IMG/VR virus record: IMGVR_UViG_3300037311_000080
Span: 1 to 46,086 of that record
Source of the DNA: a virus
Lineage: Duplodnaviria; Caudoviricetes
Direction: 5' to 3' (one strand)
Length of the DNA: 46,086 nt
The notes below the pieces were generated by a model. It did not search any database. It saw nothing but the letters and a program-made list of their open reading frames with translations, and had not been told where the DNA came from. Numbering within the stretch: the first letter of the stretch is position 1; each line of letters opens with the position of its first letter. This document shows positions 35,802 through 44,999 of the stretch, in pieces. The position numbers and the translations under genes were made by a program.

Positions 35802-37175
35802 ATGGTTACTATAGTTGAAAAAATCGCAATGAGTCGGGCTAAAGACCCGCGAGGTGTGATAAACATTTCTTTACCCGCGGGCTTAACGCCCTTTCCGTTT
35901 CAGCTTGCGGGCGTGGAATACATGGGGCTACAAACAAACAGCTTCAACGCCGACGACATGGGTCTAGGCAAAACCATTGAAGAAATTCTTTTTATTATCC
36001 ATAACAACATAAAGACCGCGCTGATAATTTGCCCCGCGGCTTTGACCTATGTTTGGGAAAATCAATTAATAAAATGGTTGGGCTTGTCTGATAACGAATG
36101 CAAAGTTTTTGAACCTAAAATGAAGTCTAGGGATTGCCGGTTTTTAATTATGAGCTATGGTCATGCGCACAATTTAAAAGTCGTCGGGGACATTATCGCC
36201 GGTTTTAAATACGAGCATTTAATATTAGACGAAGCCCATTTTTTAAAAAACCCTAAAGCAAAACGAACGAAGCATATCCTTGCTAAAAACGGTCTTAGAT
36301 CGAAGGTGGGGTCAATACACGCTGTTAGCGGGACACCCATTACAGCGCGCCCTATGGATATTTACCCGCTTTTAAAAACGTTAGATCATTCCGCTATTGA
36401 TAATATGTCGTCGTTTGAGTTCGGGCTTGAATACTGCGCCGGTTGGCAATCACCGTGGGGTTGGGATTTTAAAGGCGCTAGTAACCTTAAAAAACTCGGC
36501 ACTAAATTGCGTGCAAAGTTTTTACTACGAAGAAAAAAAGAAGCCGTATTAGACCAATTGCCGCCGAAGTTTATTAACATGATTCGTTTTAAACCAGGTA
36601 ATGAGGGGCGTGCATGGCTTAAAACACTCTCAACATTTAATCCCGATTTAGAACTTAATGCGCCCGATAGTCCTGAATTTACTAAAATGAGTGAAGCGCG
36701 CGCGGCTTTAGGGTTAACCAAAATCGATTTTGCAATCGACTACATAAAAACATTAATCGAAGGCGGAGTAAAAAAACTTGTCGTATTTGCGCATCACATA
36801 CCTGTAGTAACAACGTTGCGCGAAGAACTTGAGCGGATACAAGGGGTAGAAGTTTTAACTATCGTTGGCGGCATGGGCCCAAAAGCAAAATACGACGCGC
36901 AAGAAAAATTTCAAAACTCGCTTGCAAGACAAGTAATGCTAGTGTCTATTTCCGCGGGCGGTTACGGGCTAACATTAACCGCAGCGGCGTCGGCGGTCTT
37001 TGTAGAATTTCCGTGGAACCCGTCCGACCTAGATCAAGCTATGGATAGACTTTATAGAATCGGGCAAAACAAAGCGGTAACTATTGATTTTTTAGTTTAT
37101 GGACAAACGCTTGACGAACGGATTTTAGAAGTAAATTTAGCAAAAATAAAAATAATGAAGGAGTTATATGACTAA
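35802..37175 (+). CDS. SNF2-family helicase
   Basis: PFQ..GV, DDMGLGKT, LDEAH, SGTP, LRRKK, GLTLTAA, QAMDRLYRIGQ. Confidence 0.95.
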   Translation: MVTIVEKIAMSRAKDPRGVINISLPAGLTPFPFQLAGVEYMGLQTNSFNADDMGLGKTIEEILFIIHNNIKTALIICPAALTYVWENQLIKWLGLSDNECKVFEPKMKSRDCRFLIMSYGHAHNLKVVGDIIAGFKYEHLILDEAHFLKNPKAKRTKHILAKNGLRSKVGSIHAVSGTPITARPMDIYPLLKTLDHSAIDNMSSFEFGLEYCAGWQSPWGWDFKGASNLKKLGTKLRAKFLLRRKKEAVLDQLPPKFINMIRFKPGNEGRAWLKTLSTFNPDLELNAPDSPEFTKMSEARAALGLTKIDFAIDYIKTLIEGGVKKLVVFAHHIPVVTTLREELERIQGVEVLTIVGGMGPKAKYDAQEKFQNSLARQVMLVSISAGGYGLTLTAAASAVFVEFPWNPSDLDQAMDRLYRIGQNKAVTIDFLVYGQTLDERILEVNLAKIKIMKELYD

Positions 37176-37380
37176 AACGGAACAGATAAAAACTTTAGAG
37201 GCACAATTGGAAGAAGTTAAAAGTTACAACGTGCGTTTACTTGAAACTTTAAAAGTTATCGAAAAACAAAACGGGGATATTTCCAAACATAATTTAAAGT
37301 TGAACCAAGAATTAAAAATACAAAAAGCCATTTGTTCGGCTTTTATAGCTGCGTCAGTTTCCGCGCAAGAAGGTTTATAA
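37168..37380 (+). CDS. Hypothetical coiled-coil protein
   Basis: AAGGAG RBS; heptad pattern. Confidence 0.7.
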   Translation: MTKTEQIKTLEAQLEEVKSYNVRLLETLKVIEKQNGDISKHNLKLNQELKIQKAICSAFIAASVSAQEGL

Positions 37381-37607
37381 TGGATGTTAAACACCAAGAC
37401 GCAAGACTGCTTAGGGAAGCATTAAATTTTGTTTTTAAAGGCGCTACAAAAACGCAGCAAAACTACATCAAAAATGTTTTAGCGGAATACGCAATTAGAG
37501 TTAGACCGTATTGCGATCATAATGATTCGGTCGAAATGTTTTTACCAGACGACACGCCGGTTAATGCGTGTCTCGACTGCGGCCATAGAACAATTAAAAC
37601 TCAATAA
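37380..37607 (+). CDS. Hypothetical protein with possible Zn site
   Basis: TAATG coupling; CDH...CLDC. Confidence 0.65.
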   Translation: MDVKHQDARLLREALNFVFKGATKTQQNYIKNVLAEYAIRVRPYCDHNDSVEMFLPDDTPVNACLDCGHRTIKTQ

Positions 37608-37617
37608 AGGAAGAACA

Positions 37618-38130
37618 ATGGATAACAATAAATTAGTACAAGGTTTAGAGCATATTAAAATCGGCATCGGCTTTTTACAGGAAGCTATTATCGGCCATAA
37701 ATTTGAAACCGGCGAAGCCGTTGTCGTGCCCGCGACTAGCGAACCCGAAACTTCGCCAACCGACGCGCCTAAAAAGTCGCGCGGACGCCCGAAGAAAACA
37801 GACCATGCCGACGGGGTTGCAAAGATAGTTAGTAACGTGACCAGTGAAACCGTTGCAACCATTGACGAACAAGGCACGGTTACACCTATAGAAGACGTTC
37901 CCGAAAAAGCTACATATACGCCCGAAGTAAAACCGGAACCGGTTGCCTCGCCTGCGCCCGTATCCAATGTAACACCGGAACAGCTTAAAGCGGCTTGTAT
38001 TGAACACGCAGCAAAGAATGGGAAGGAAAACACCTATAAACTTTTAGCGCGTTTTGGCGCGGCTAAAGCAAGCGACGTCGTAGAAACAAAACGTACAGAG
38101 TGCTACGCGCTTTTAAAGAAGGAACTATAA
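37618..38130 (+). CDS. Hypothetical protein with low-complexity linker and AT-hook-like motif
   Basis: AAGGAA RBS; KKSRGRPKK; C-terminal LLARFGA.K.SD helical domain typical of genes upstream of DUF2800. Confidence 0.7.
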   Translation: MDNNKLVQGLEHIKIGIGFLQEAIIGHKFETGEAVVVPATSEPETSPTDAPKKSRGRPKKTDHADGVAKIVSNVTSETVATIDEQGTVTPIEDVPEKATYTPEVKPEPVASPAPVSNVTPEQLKAACIEHAAKNGKENTYKLLARFGAAKASDVVETKRTECYALLKKEL

Positions 38131-38133
38131 TCC

Positions 38134-38697
38134 ATGCACTTAATGGCCGATTTTGAAACATTGGGAACCGACCCCGATACCGTTGTTATATCGCTAGGAA
38201 TAGCGGCGTTTAATCGTAATGGGGTTTTAGATAAAATGCTGTTCGAATTTGATTTCGAAAAACAAACAGCGTTAGGGCGCACTATTGACCCCGATACCCT
38301 TGAATGGTGGAAAAAGCAAAGTGCGGAAGCGCAAAAACAACTTGTCGTGTCTGATTTTGCAATTGAGTTCCCTGAATTTTTTAGACTGTTTGAACAATTT
38401 ATCGACAAAAACTTAGAGCGTCTCGGTGAAACAAGAAAAGATTTAAAAGTATGGGGCAAAGGGGCCGACTTTGACGTCGTTGTTTTAACGGATATTTACC
38501 GTCGCCATAATCCGCAAGGGAAAAAAGCCCTTCCGTGGAAGTTTTGGGGCGTCCGTTGTTTTAGAATGTTCGACGACATCTATAAAGTAACCAAAACCCA
38601 TACTCGTTTAGGGACGCACCATAACGCTTTAGACGACGCAATTTTTCAGGCGGAATGCGTAATCAAAGTTTTGCAACGAAGTAAAGGCGACGTATGA
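38134..38697 (+). CDS. DEDDh 3'-5' exonuclease (DnaQ / RNase T-like)
   Basis: MADFETLG, KGADFD, HNALDDA. Confidence 0.88.
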   Translation: MHLMADFETLGTDPDTVVISLGIAAFNRNGVLDKMLFEFDFEKQTALGRTIDPDTLEWWKKQSAEAQKQLVVSDFAIEFPEFFRLFEQFIDKNLERLGETRKDLKVWGKGADFDVVVLTDIYRRHNPQGKKALPWKFWGVRCFRMFDDIYKVTKTHTRLGTHHNALDDAIFQAECVIKVLQRSKGDV

Positions 38698-38975
38698 AAA
38701 TAAAAATAGTCGGCGAAAACCGCATTAAAGATTATATTCCAATCATTAGTAACGACGGCGACGTGTTAATCATTTGCGAAGGGCATTTTGACCCGACGTC
38801 CGACTATTTTATTTTAGGCGAAGCCATAAATGCGCAGCGCGACCGCGCGCTCGATTTCGATACCGCGACCTATAGCTTCGAACATTGGATACCCGTAACG
38901 CCGGATTTATGGATAGCGGGGACAAAAGACAATCAAAAATCGCGTGCCGTAACTGTTATTGAGGTTGACGAATGA
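38694..38975 (+). CDS. Hypothetical protein
   Basis: ATGA overlaps on both sides. Confidence 0.7.
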   Translation: MKIKIVGENRIKDYIPIISNDGDVLIICEGHFDPTSDYFILGEAINAQRDRALDFDTATYSFEHWIPVTPDLWIAGTKDNQKSRAVTVIEVDE

Positions 38976-39232
38976 TTGAAGTCGACATGAGACTTGTAAA
39001 ATATAAAGATAAAATTCTTTTAGAAAAAAATAATATGTCGCTTGAATGGGCGCTTGAATGTTTTGCTAATAGGTACGTGTTTACATTTTTTGAAGCCCTC
39101 GAAAAAGAGTGCAACGAAAAAACAATTCAAGAAGAAGACTTTATCGAAGGCGCTGCGGTGTTAGCCAAAATAACCGAGGCCGCGGAAATACTCGACGAAG
39201 CGCAGGGGCGAAAACCAGGGAAGGACCACTAA
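38972..39232 (+). CDS. Hypothetical protein
   Basis: GAGGT RBS; coupled to neighbours. Confidence 0.7.
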   Translation: MIEVDMRLVKYKDKILLEKNNMSLEWALECFANRYVFTFFEALEKECNEKTIQEEDFIEGAAVLAKITEAAEILDEAQGRKPGKDH

Positions 39233-39501
39233 TGGAAGTTGAAATAGACGCAAATAATTTATGCCAAAAAATGATAGAAAATTTATTAGCCCAACTAAAA
39301 GACCCACGGCTAGTTGTTCATGCTTTGGCCGGCATTTCGACTATTTTTAACGCTAACGTCGTCGGAAATATTTTTCATAATCAAACAGACCAAAGCAAAG
39401 AAAAGTTTGACGACCTTTTAGAAAACTATTTAGCGGCGCAGGCTATAGAAATTACGCGTTCCGTTTGGCAAAAACAAAGCACCATTACAAATTTAAAATA
39501 A
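39232..39501 (+). CDS. Hypothetical protein
   Basis: TAATG coupling with AAGGA RBS; start moved from 39109. Confidence 0.7.
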   Translation: MEVEIDANNLCQKMIENLLAQLKDPRLVVHALAGISTIFNANVVGNIFHNQTDQSKEKFDDLLENYLAAQAIEITRSVWQKQSTITNLK

Positions 39502-39510
39502 AGGGAAAAC

Positions 39511-40653
39511 ATGGAAGAAAAAAAGCATAAAAAATTATCCGCATCGGGGTCGCATCGTTGGTTCCATTGTCCGGGTTCTATTGCGTTATCTGAAACCGTA
39601 CCGCCGGCTAAAACAAGTGTATTTGCCGAAGAAGGGACCGGCGCGCACGGGCTTGCGGAAAAAGTTTTAAAGGAAACGCCAAACGCTTTTTATTACGTTG
39701 GGCGCGAAAAGTTTAACGGCTTTGAAGTCACCGAAGAAATGGCCGGCGCCGTTCAAATTTATGTCGACCATGTTCGCAACATTAAAAACGAAACAAAAGG
39801 CGAATTGGTTATTGAAGCAAAATTTGACCTTCCCCATATTCATGAAGACATAGGCGGGACCGCCGACGCTGTTATTAAACAAGACTTTGGCGACATTCAC
39901 GTCATAGATTTTAAATTCGGGGCCGGCATTGCGGTCGAGGTTGAAAACAATTCGCAGGCCATGATTTACGCTTTGGGGGCGGCACTAGGGGGCGAGTACG
40001 AAGACGTTTATATTCATATAGTTCAACCGCGCGCGTTTCATCCCGACGGGCCTATTAGAACGTGGAAAATATCTTTTAATGATCTAATTGAATGGTCAAA
40101 ACTTTTAAAACAAGCCGCGATTAAAACCGAAGAAAAAGATGCTCCATTAAACGCAGGCGAATGGTGTCAATTTTGCCCTGCTAAAAGCGTTTGTCCTAAG
40201 CTGTACGAAAAAGCAATTGTCGAAGCGAAAATAGATTTCGACAATGCAAAACTTCCCGATACCGCGACCATGACCGACGAACATATAGCCAAAGTCATCG
40301 GAGCAAAAAAATTAATCGTACAATGGATTGAAGCCGTTGAAGACATGGCAAAAATGAGGTTAGAAAATGGGGAAACAATCGAAGGAATCAAACTTGTCAA
40401 TAAACGTACAAGCCGCGAATGGGTTGACGAACGACTTGCGGAGCGCGAACTATACAAAAAGTTTGGCGAAACTGTTTATAAAAAGTCGTTTGTATCAGTC
40501 ACCCAAGCGGAAAAACTTTTTGGGGCGAATGATCTATCGAATCTTTACCATAGTGTTTCAAGCGGCAATACGGTTGCACCTGAAAGCGATAGACGAAAAG
40601 CCATTAAAGCCGCGAAACATGATTTCGAAACGGTAAACGAAGACGATTTTTAA
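39511..40653 (+). CDS. DUF2800-family Cas4-like PD-(D/E)XK exonuclease
   Basis: LSASGSHRW..CPGS, EGT.AH, GTAD, VIDFKFG.G, IVQPR, CQFCPAKSVC. Confidence 0.9.
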   Translation: MEEKKHKKLSASGSHRWFHCPGSIALSETVPPAKTSVFAEEGTGAHGLAEKVLKETPNAFYYVGREKFNGFEVTEEMAGAVQIYVDHVRNIKNETKGELVIEAKFDLPHIHEDIGGTADAVIKQDFGDIHVIDFKFGAGIAVEVENNSQAMIYALGAALGGEYEDVYIHIVQPRAFHPDGPIRTWKISFNDLIEWSKLLKQAAIKTEEKDAPLNAGEWCQFCPAKSVCPKLYEKAIVEAKIDFDNAKLPDTATMTDEHIAKVIGAKKLIVQWIEAVEDMAKMRLENGETIEGIKLVNKRTSREWVDERLAERELYKKFGETVYKKSFVSVTQAEKLFGANDLSNLYHSVSSGNTVAPESDRRKAIKAAKHDFETVNEDDF

Positions 40654-40665
40654 AAAAGGGGTTTT

Positions 40666-40941
40666 ATGAAAAGAATTAGAATATTATACGGCGTCGGCGA
40701 CATTGGCGCGGGTTTTGAAACGGACAATTTCGCGTATTTTAAACATCCGGTTGACGGCAACGAATATGCTGTTATATACGGCCCAACCGGTTCGCCGTGG
40801 TATTTTTCAAATACCAAAGTTCCCGACTATAAATCGTTTGAGCTATTTGAACTTTCAGAAGACGCGGCCCCAAAAATAGCGCCGTCGATTCGTTCGCTTC
40901 TTGGTCAAGACGTAGCCACATTAACAATTAATTTTAAATAA
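40666..40941 (+). CDS. Hypothetical protein inserted between the nuclease and SSB genes
   Basis: AGGGG RBS; 91-aa ORF. Confidence 0.7.
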   Translation: MKRIRILYGVGDIGAGFETDNFAYFKHPVDGNEYAVIYGPTGSPWYFSNTKVPDYKSFELFELSEDAAPKIAPSIRSLLGQDVATLTINFK

Positions 40942-40978
40942 CAAAACGGTCCGTTGGGCCACGAAAGGAAAAACAGTT

Positions 40979-41593
40979 ATGAGTGAAAAAGTAAAAGCCG
41001 GAATTAAAGTTACAACGCCCCCATTTAGAGTCGCGTTTCCTACATTGGATAAACCGAAGCAATTTAAAGACCCACGCGGGAACCTTCAAGGCGACCCGAA
41101 ATATTCGGTCGAAATGTTGTTTCCAAAAGATGCCGATTTAAAAGAAATGAAGCAAGCGATTCAAAAGGAAATCATTCGCCAATGGGGCGACGAAAAACCC
41201 GAGGGTTTAAAAACCGTTTTTAAAGACGGCGATAAACATAAAAAGAAATACGATAGTCATAAAAATATGTTTTACGTGCGTGCTGCGACGAAAAACAAAG
41301 TAGGTATTGTCGATAGCAATGGCGTTGAACTTCTTGACCCAAAAGCGGTTTACGCGGGTTCATGGTGTCGCGCTACGGTCGTTGTCATGGCCTACGAAAA
41401 CGGAGCTAACGCGGGTGTTACGGTGTATTTGAACAACCTTCAATTATTTACCGATGCCCTTTGTAAAAAACGCGGTCTTGATAACTCCGCGTTAACCGGC
41501 GCTAAAAACGCTAAAGACGATTTCGATTCTATTGAAGCGTTTGACGACGGCGAAAGTGTAGCGGATGACAATTTAGATAATGACGACTTCTAG
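40979..41593 (+). CDS. Single-stranded DNA-binding protein (DUF2815 / T7 gp2.5-like)
   Basis: KYSV...FPK, KDGD, VYAGSWCR, GV..YLNNLQ, acidic C-terminus ending in Phe. Confidence 0.88.
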   Translation: MSEKVKAGIKVTTPPFRVAFPTLDKPKQFKDPRGNLQGDPKYSVEMLFPKDADLKEMKQAIQKEIIRQWGDEKPEGLKTVFKDGDKHKKKYDSHKNMFYVRAATKNKVGIVDSNGVELLDPKAVYAGSWCRATVVVMAYENGANAGVTVYLNNLQLFTDALCKKRGLDNSALTGAKNAKDDFDSIEAFDDGESVADDNLDNDDF

Positions 41594-41789
41594 TGTTCAT
41601 TGCCCGCGCTGTAATGTTCCGAACTATTGCCCCCATTGCAATATTGTTCGTAGCAAAATGGCGCGGGAATTTAATTTAAACCAAGTAAAAAGTTTTTACT
41701 TTAAATATCGTTGTCGAACTTCGGTTCTATACGTTAAAAATGGCGCGACCTATGCAATTAAATGGAAAACCCGTTGTAAAATATCCTAA
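41580..41789 (+). CDS. Possible small Zn-finger protein
   Basis: CPRC-x5-CPHC; fills the SSB-polymerase gap but overlaps both genes. Confidence 0.45.
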   Translation: MTTSSVHCPRCNVPNYCPHCNIVRSKMAREFNLNQVKSFYFKYRCRTSVLYVKNGATYAIKWKTRCKIS

Positions 41790-44523
41790 TATGGATTTTG
41801 AAACGCGAAGTGAAGTAGACGTGCGCGACGTTGGCGCCTATCGCTACGCCATGGATAAATCGACGGAAGTCATTTGTTTATCCTACGACCTTTTAGACGG
41901 TAAAGGCGTGAGACTATGGCATAGGTTCATGCCTACCCTTCCCCATGACTTAATTGAGTACGTGCGCGCAGGCGGTATCGTCGAAGCGCATAACGCGGAA
42001 TTTGAATATTGTATATGGAACTATGTTTTAAACGCCCGCGGCGGTTGGCCGTATTTAAATGTTTCGCAATTGCGTTGTACTGCGGCCCGCGCTGCGGCCC
42101 ATGCATTACCGCGAAGCCTTGAAGGGCTAGGGGCCGCTTTAGACACCCATGTTAAAAAGAACGTCGACGGCAAAAAGACCATGCAAAAGCTATCAAAACC
42201 CCGCATGAAATGGAAAGCGGGTTCAAGCGAAGCAAAATGGCATGAAGAGTTTGAAGACCTTGAAAAACTTTTTATTTACAACGTCGACGACGTGCTAGCC
42301 GAACAAAGCGCCGCTGAAAAACTATTACCTTTAAAACGCTCCGAACAAGAAATATGGGAACTAACAACAATTATTAATGAGCGTGGGTTTTATGCTGATT
42401 TAGAACTTTGTAAAATAGCTATTTCGTTTTTAGAACAATTTGAAAAAGAACTTTTAGCGGAATTGTTTTCCATAACAGCGGGCGAAGTGCGAACCGCGCG
42501 GCAAGTCGCAACTATGCGTGCATGGCTTGAAACTCGTAACGTTACTGCGGAAAATTTGACCGCTGGCACTGTTAAAACGTTATTAACTCAAGACATGGAC
42601 CCCGACGCAAAACGCGTGCTAGAAATTCGTCAACTATTAGGGCGGTCAAGTGTTTCAAAATACGAAGCCCTTATTCGTACAGCGTGCTTCGATTCAAGAA
42701 TACGGGGCACTTTTCTTTATCACGCAGCTTCGACGGGGCGATATGGCGGAAGGTATTTCCAACCGCAAAACCTTGCGCGCGGGACATATAGCGACGTTAA
42801 TAGTATTATTAGATGTTTAGCAATTGACGATTATGAGTTCTTTAAAGAATTTTACCCCGACGTTTTCGGCGCTCTTAGTAGTTGTATTCGGGGCATGATA
42901 AAAGCGGCCCCCGGTTATGAATTATTCGCAGCGGATTTTAACGCCATTGAAGCGCGCGTTTTGTTTTGGATTGCCGGCGAAACGTTAGGCATTGAAATGT
43001 ATCGTAAAAACGTTGATATTTACGAAGACATGGCGCGGGTTATTTTTAATCTACCTCGCGGACAAAAAGTAACAAAAGAACAAAGGCAATTAGGAAAACA
43101 AGCGATTTTAGGATGCCTAGCAAAAGGAACAATCGTTAAATGTAAAACCGGGTATAAAAAAATAGAAGAAATAAATCAAACGGATTTAGTATGGAATGGG
43201 TTTCAATGGACAAGACACAACGGACTATTAGCAAAAGGTATGAAGAACGTTATACAGATAAACTCTCTAGCCCTAGAATTAACTCCCGATCATTGGGTTT
43301 TGTTAAACCAAACATGGCGAACCGCAGGGGAAATCGCTTTAATAGAGGCTACGCATCTCCAAAACCCGGAGATAAAAACGGAAATTTTATTGTCAAGTCG
43401 AGCGAATTTAAAAGGGGTTCCGAACGGCGTGTCGTTATTAGCTGCGTATGCGGAAACGAAAAAGAAATTAGAGTCGACAAATTTTACATTGGAAAAGGAC
43501 TTCTTTGTTTTACTTGTAAACAGTCTATTGCCGGACAAAAAGGCGGAAACCCCCGAAGAAATAGCGACATTATTAGTGACGGACGTCTTAGAGCGCGTTG
43601 GGCAGCTTGTTTCTACAACATTAAAAAAAGATGTACGAACCCCAATGATAAAGACTATTCGCGGTATGGTGGTCGCGGAATTCAATGCGCCTTCAACGAC
43701 GTTAGAACATTTTTGGAATATATTATTACGCTTCCTAGGTTTAACGAATGGGGACTCACTCTCGACCGAATTAATAACAATGGAAACTATGAACCCGGCA
43801 ATTTACGAATTGTCTCTCAAAAAATTAACAACCAAAACCGTTGAGACTTTCGATTTACATAATGTTGAAAATGGAAATCGCTTCCAAGCGGGAAAAGCCA
43901 TAGTTCATAATTGCGGGTACGGCATGGGTCCAAAGAAATTTAAACTCACTTGCGAAAGCTACGGCATGAATGTCGACGAAGCCCTTTCCGAACGCGCTAT
44001 TCAAAGTTATAGACAAAAATATCGAATGGTCGTGAACTTCTGGTATGGTCTTGAAGACGCCGCCCGTGAAGCGATTAAAAGTCGTCGGTTAATTATCTAC
44101 GAAAAATTAAAACTGAAAGTCGAAAACGGGTTTTTGTTTATACAACTACCGTCGGGTCGTAGGCTTTCATATTACAACCCCCATCTTGCGCCGGACCGAA
44201 ACGGATTTCGGGACGACGCTATTTATTATTGGGGCGTCGATTCAAAGACGAAACAATGGACGAAGCAAGCGACCTACGGCGGAAAACTCACGGAAAACGT
44301 CGTGCAAGCGATTGCCCGCGACGTTATGGTCGAAAGCATGAAAAATTTAACTGCGCAAAACTACCCTATTATTATGACCGTGCATGACGAAATTATCGCC
44401 GAAGTGAAAATCGACGAACGTGATTTAGAAGACTTTAAATGGACAATGGCCCGCCCGCCGGAATGGGGTTTAGATATTCCGTTAAAGGTTGAGGGTTGGG
44501 CCGACGAAAGGTTTAAAAAATAA
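41740..44523 (+). CDS. Family A DNA polymerase with 3'-5' exonuclease domain, intein-containing (start uncertain)
   Basis: Exo DFET, AHNAEFE, YN..DV; TGR..G..FQPQN; motif A ADFNAIEAR; motif B RQLGKQAILG/CGYG split by the intein; motif C VHDE. Confidence 0.96.
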   Translation: MARPMQLNGKPVVKYPNMDFETRSEVDVRDVGAYRYAMDKSTEVICLSYDLLDGKGVRLWHRFMPTLPHDLIEYVRAGGIVEAHNAEFEYCIWNYVLNARGGWPYLNVSQLRCTAARAAAHALPRSLEGLGAALDTHVKKNVDGKKTMQKLSKPRMKWKAGSSEAKWHEEFEDLEKLFIYNVDDVLAEQSAAEKLLPLKRSEQEIWELTTIINERGFYADLELCKIAISFLEQFEKELLAELFSITAGEVRTARQVATMRAWLETRNVTAENLTAGTVKTLLTQDMDPDAKRVLEIRQLLGRSSVSKYEALIRTACFDSRIRGTFLYHAASTGRYGGRYFQPQNLARGTYSDVNSIIRCLAIDDYEFFKEFYPDVFGALSSCIRGMIKAAPGYELFAADFNAIEARVLFWIAGETLGIEMYRKNVDIYEDMARVIFNLPRGQKVTKEQRQLGKQAILGCLAKGTIVKCKTGYKKIEEINQTDLVWNGFQWTRHNGLLAKGMKNVIQINSLALELTPDHWVLLNQTWRTAGEIALIEATHLQNPEIKTEILLSSRANLKGVPNGVSLLAAYAETKKKLESTNFTLEKDFFVLLVNSLLPDKKAETPEEIATLLVTDVLERVGQLVSTTLKKDVRTPMIKTIRGMVVAEFNAPSTTLEHFWNILLRFLGLTNGDSLSTELITMETMNPAIYELSLKKLTTKTVETFDLHNVENGNRFQAGKAIVHNCGYGMGPKKFKLTCESYGMNVDEALSERAIQSYRQKYRMVVNFWYGLEDAAREAIKSRRLIIYEKLKLKVENGFLFIQLPSGRRLSYYNPHLAPDRNGFRDDAIYYWGVDSKTKQWTKQATYGGKLTENVVQAIARDVMVESMKNLTAQNYPIIMTVHDEIIAEVKIDERDLEDFKWTMARPPEWGLDIPLKVEGWADERFKK
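43114..43911 (+). mobile_element. Intein (266 aa) inserted in polymerase motif B
   Basis: Block A CLAKGT.V, block B LTPDH, block F TFDL..V...RF.A, block G IVHN followed by Cys+1; removal restores KQAILG-CGYGMG. Confidence 0.93.
43191..43844 (+). CDS. HNH-family (homing) endonuclease-like protein overprinted in the -1 frame inside the intein (start 43191, 43206 or 43314)
   Basis: CVCGN..CFTC Zn-binding module, RCTNPNDKDYSRYGGRGI, TLDRINNNGNYEPGNLR..N..N. Confidence 0.88.
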   Translation: MEWVSMDKTQRTISKRYEERYTDKLSSPRINSRSLGFVKPNMANRRGNRFNRGYASPKPGDKNGNFIVKSSEFKRGSERRVVISCVCGNEKEIRVDKFYIGKGLLCFTCKQSIAGQKGGNPRRNSDIISDGRLRARWAACFYNIKKRCTNPNDKDYSRYGGRGIQCAFNDVRTFLEYIITLPRFNEWGLTLDRINNNGNYEPGNLRIVSQKINNQNR

Positions 44524-44524
44524 T

Positions 44525-44740
44525 ATGTCAAAAGATGCATTAGAAAAAACCGAAATTATTATTTGCACGTCTTGGAAATGCGCGAACGAATACGCGTCCG
44601 GTGTTCCGGTCGACGGGCATCCAACGTGTAAAGCCTGCGGGTCAACGACGATTAAAAAAGCGGTTACACCTAAAACACGCGCAATGTATTTAAAACGAGT
44701 AATGGCAATCAACACTAACGAACTAACCAAAAGGGGTTAA
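44525..44740 (+). CDS. Small Zn-ribbon protein
   Basis: CTSWKC...CKACGS; ATG just after the polymerase stop. Confidence 0.65.
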   Translation: MSKDALEKTEIIICTSWKCANEYASGVPVDGHPTCKACGSTTIKKAVTPKTRAMYLKRVMAINTNELTKRG

Positions 44741-44741
44741 T

Positions 44742-44999
44742 ATGGAACAGGCAACGCCGACAAAAGTGATACTACGAAAAAACATGAAGCATACGCAAAA
44801 CGCGGTCAATAAAATAAAACCGCAAGGCGAACTCCCGACAAACGACGCGGTAATCGCAAAGTTAAAAGAAGACATTTTAGAAGGGATGCGGGAACTAGCG
44901 CGCGGAAGTCGCAACACGATTATCGATCTAGTAGACCGTGCGCGCGAATTGGTTATTCTTGAAGACGACGCAAAAAAGGGGCTTGAAAATGAGTTCTAA
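44742..44999 (+). CDS. Hypothetical protein
   Basis: AGGGG RBS. Confidence 0.7.
   Translation: MEQATPTKVILRKNMKHTQNAVNKIKPQGELPTNDAVIAKLKEDILEGMRELARGSRNTIIDLVDRARELVILEDDAKKGLENEF

Noticed and set aside
43290-43685. Third, antisense ORF (131 aa) within the intein
   Set aside because: No recognisable motifs or RBS; it is the antisense shadow of the polymerase frame
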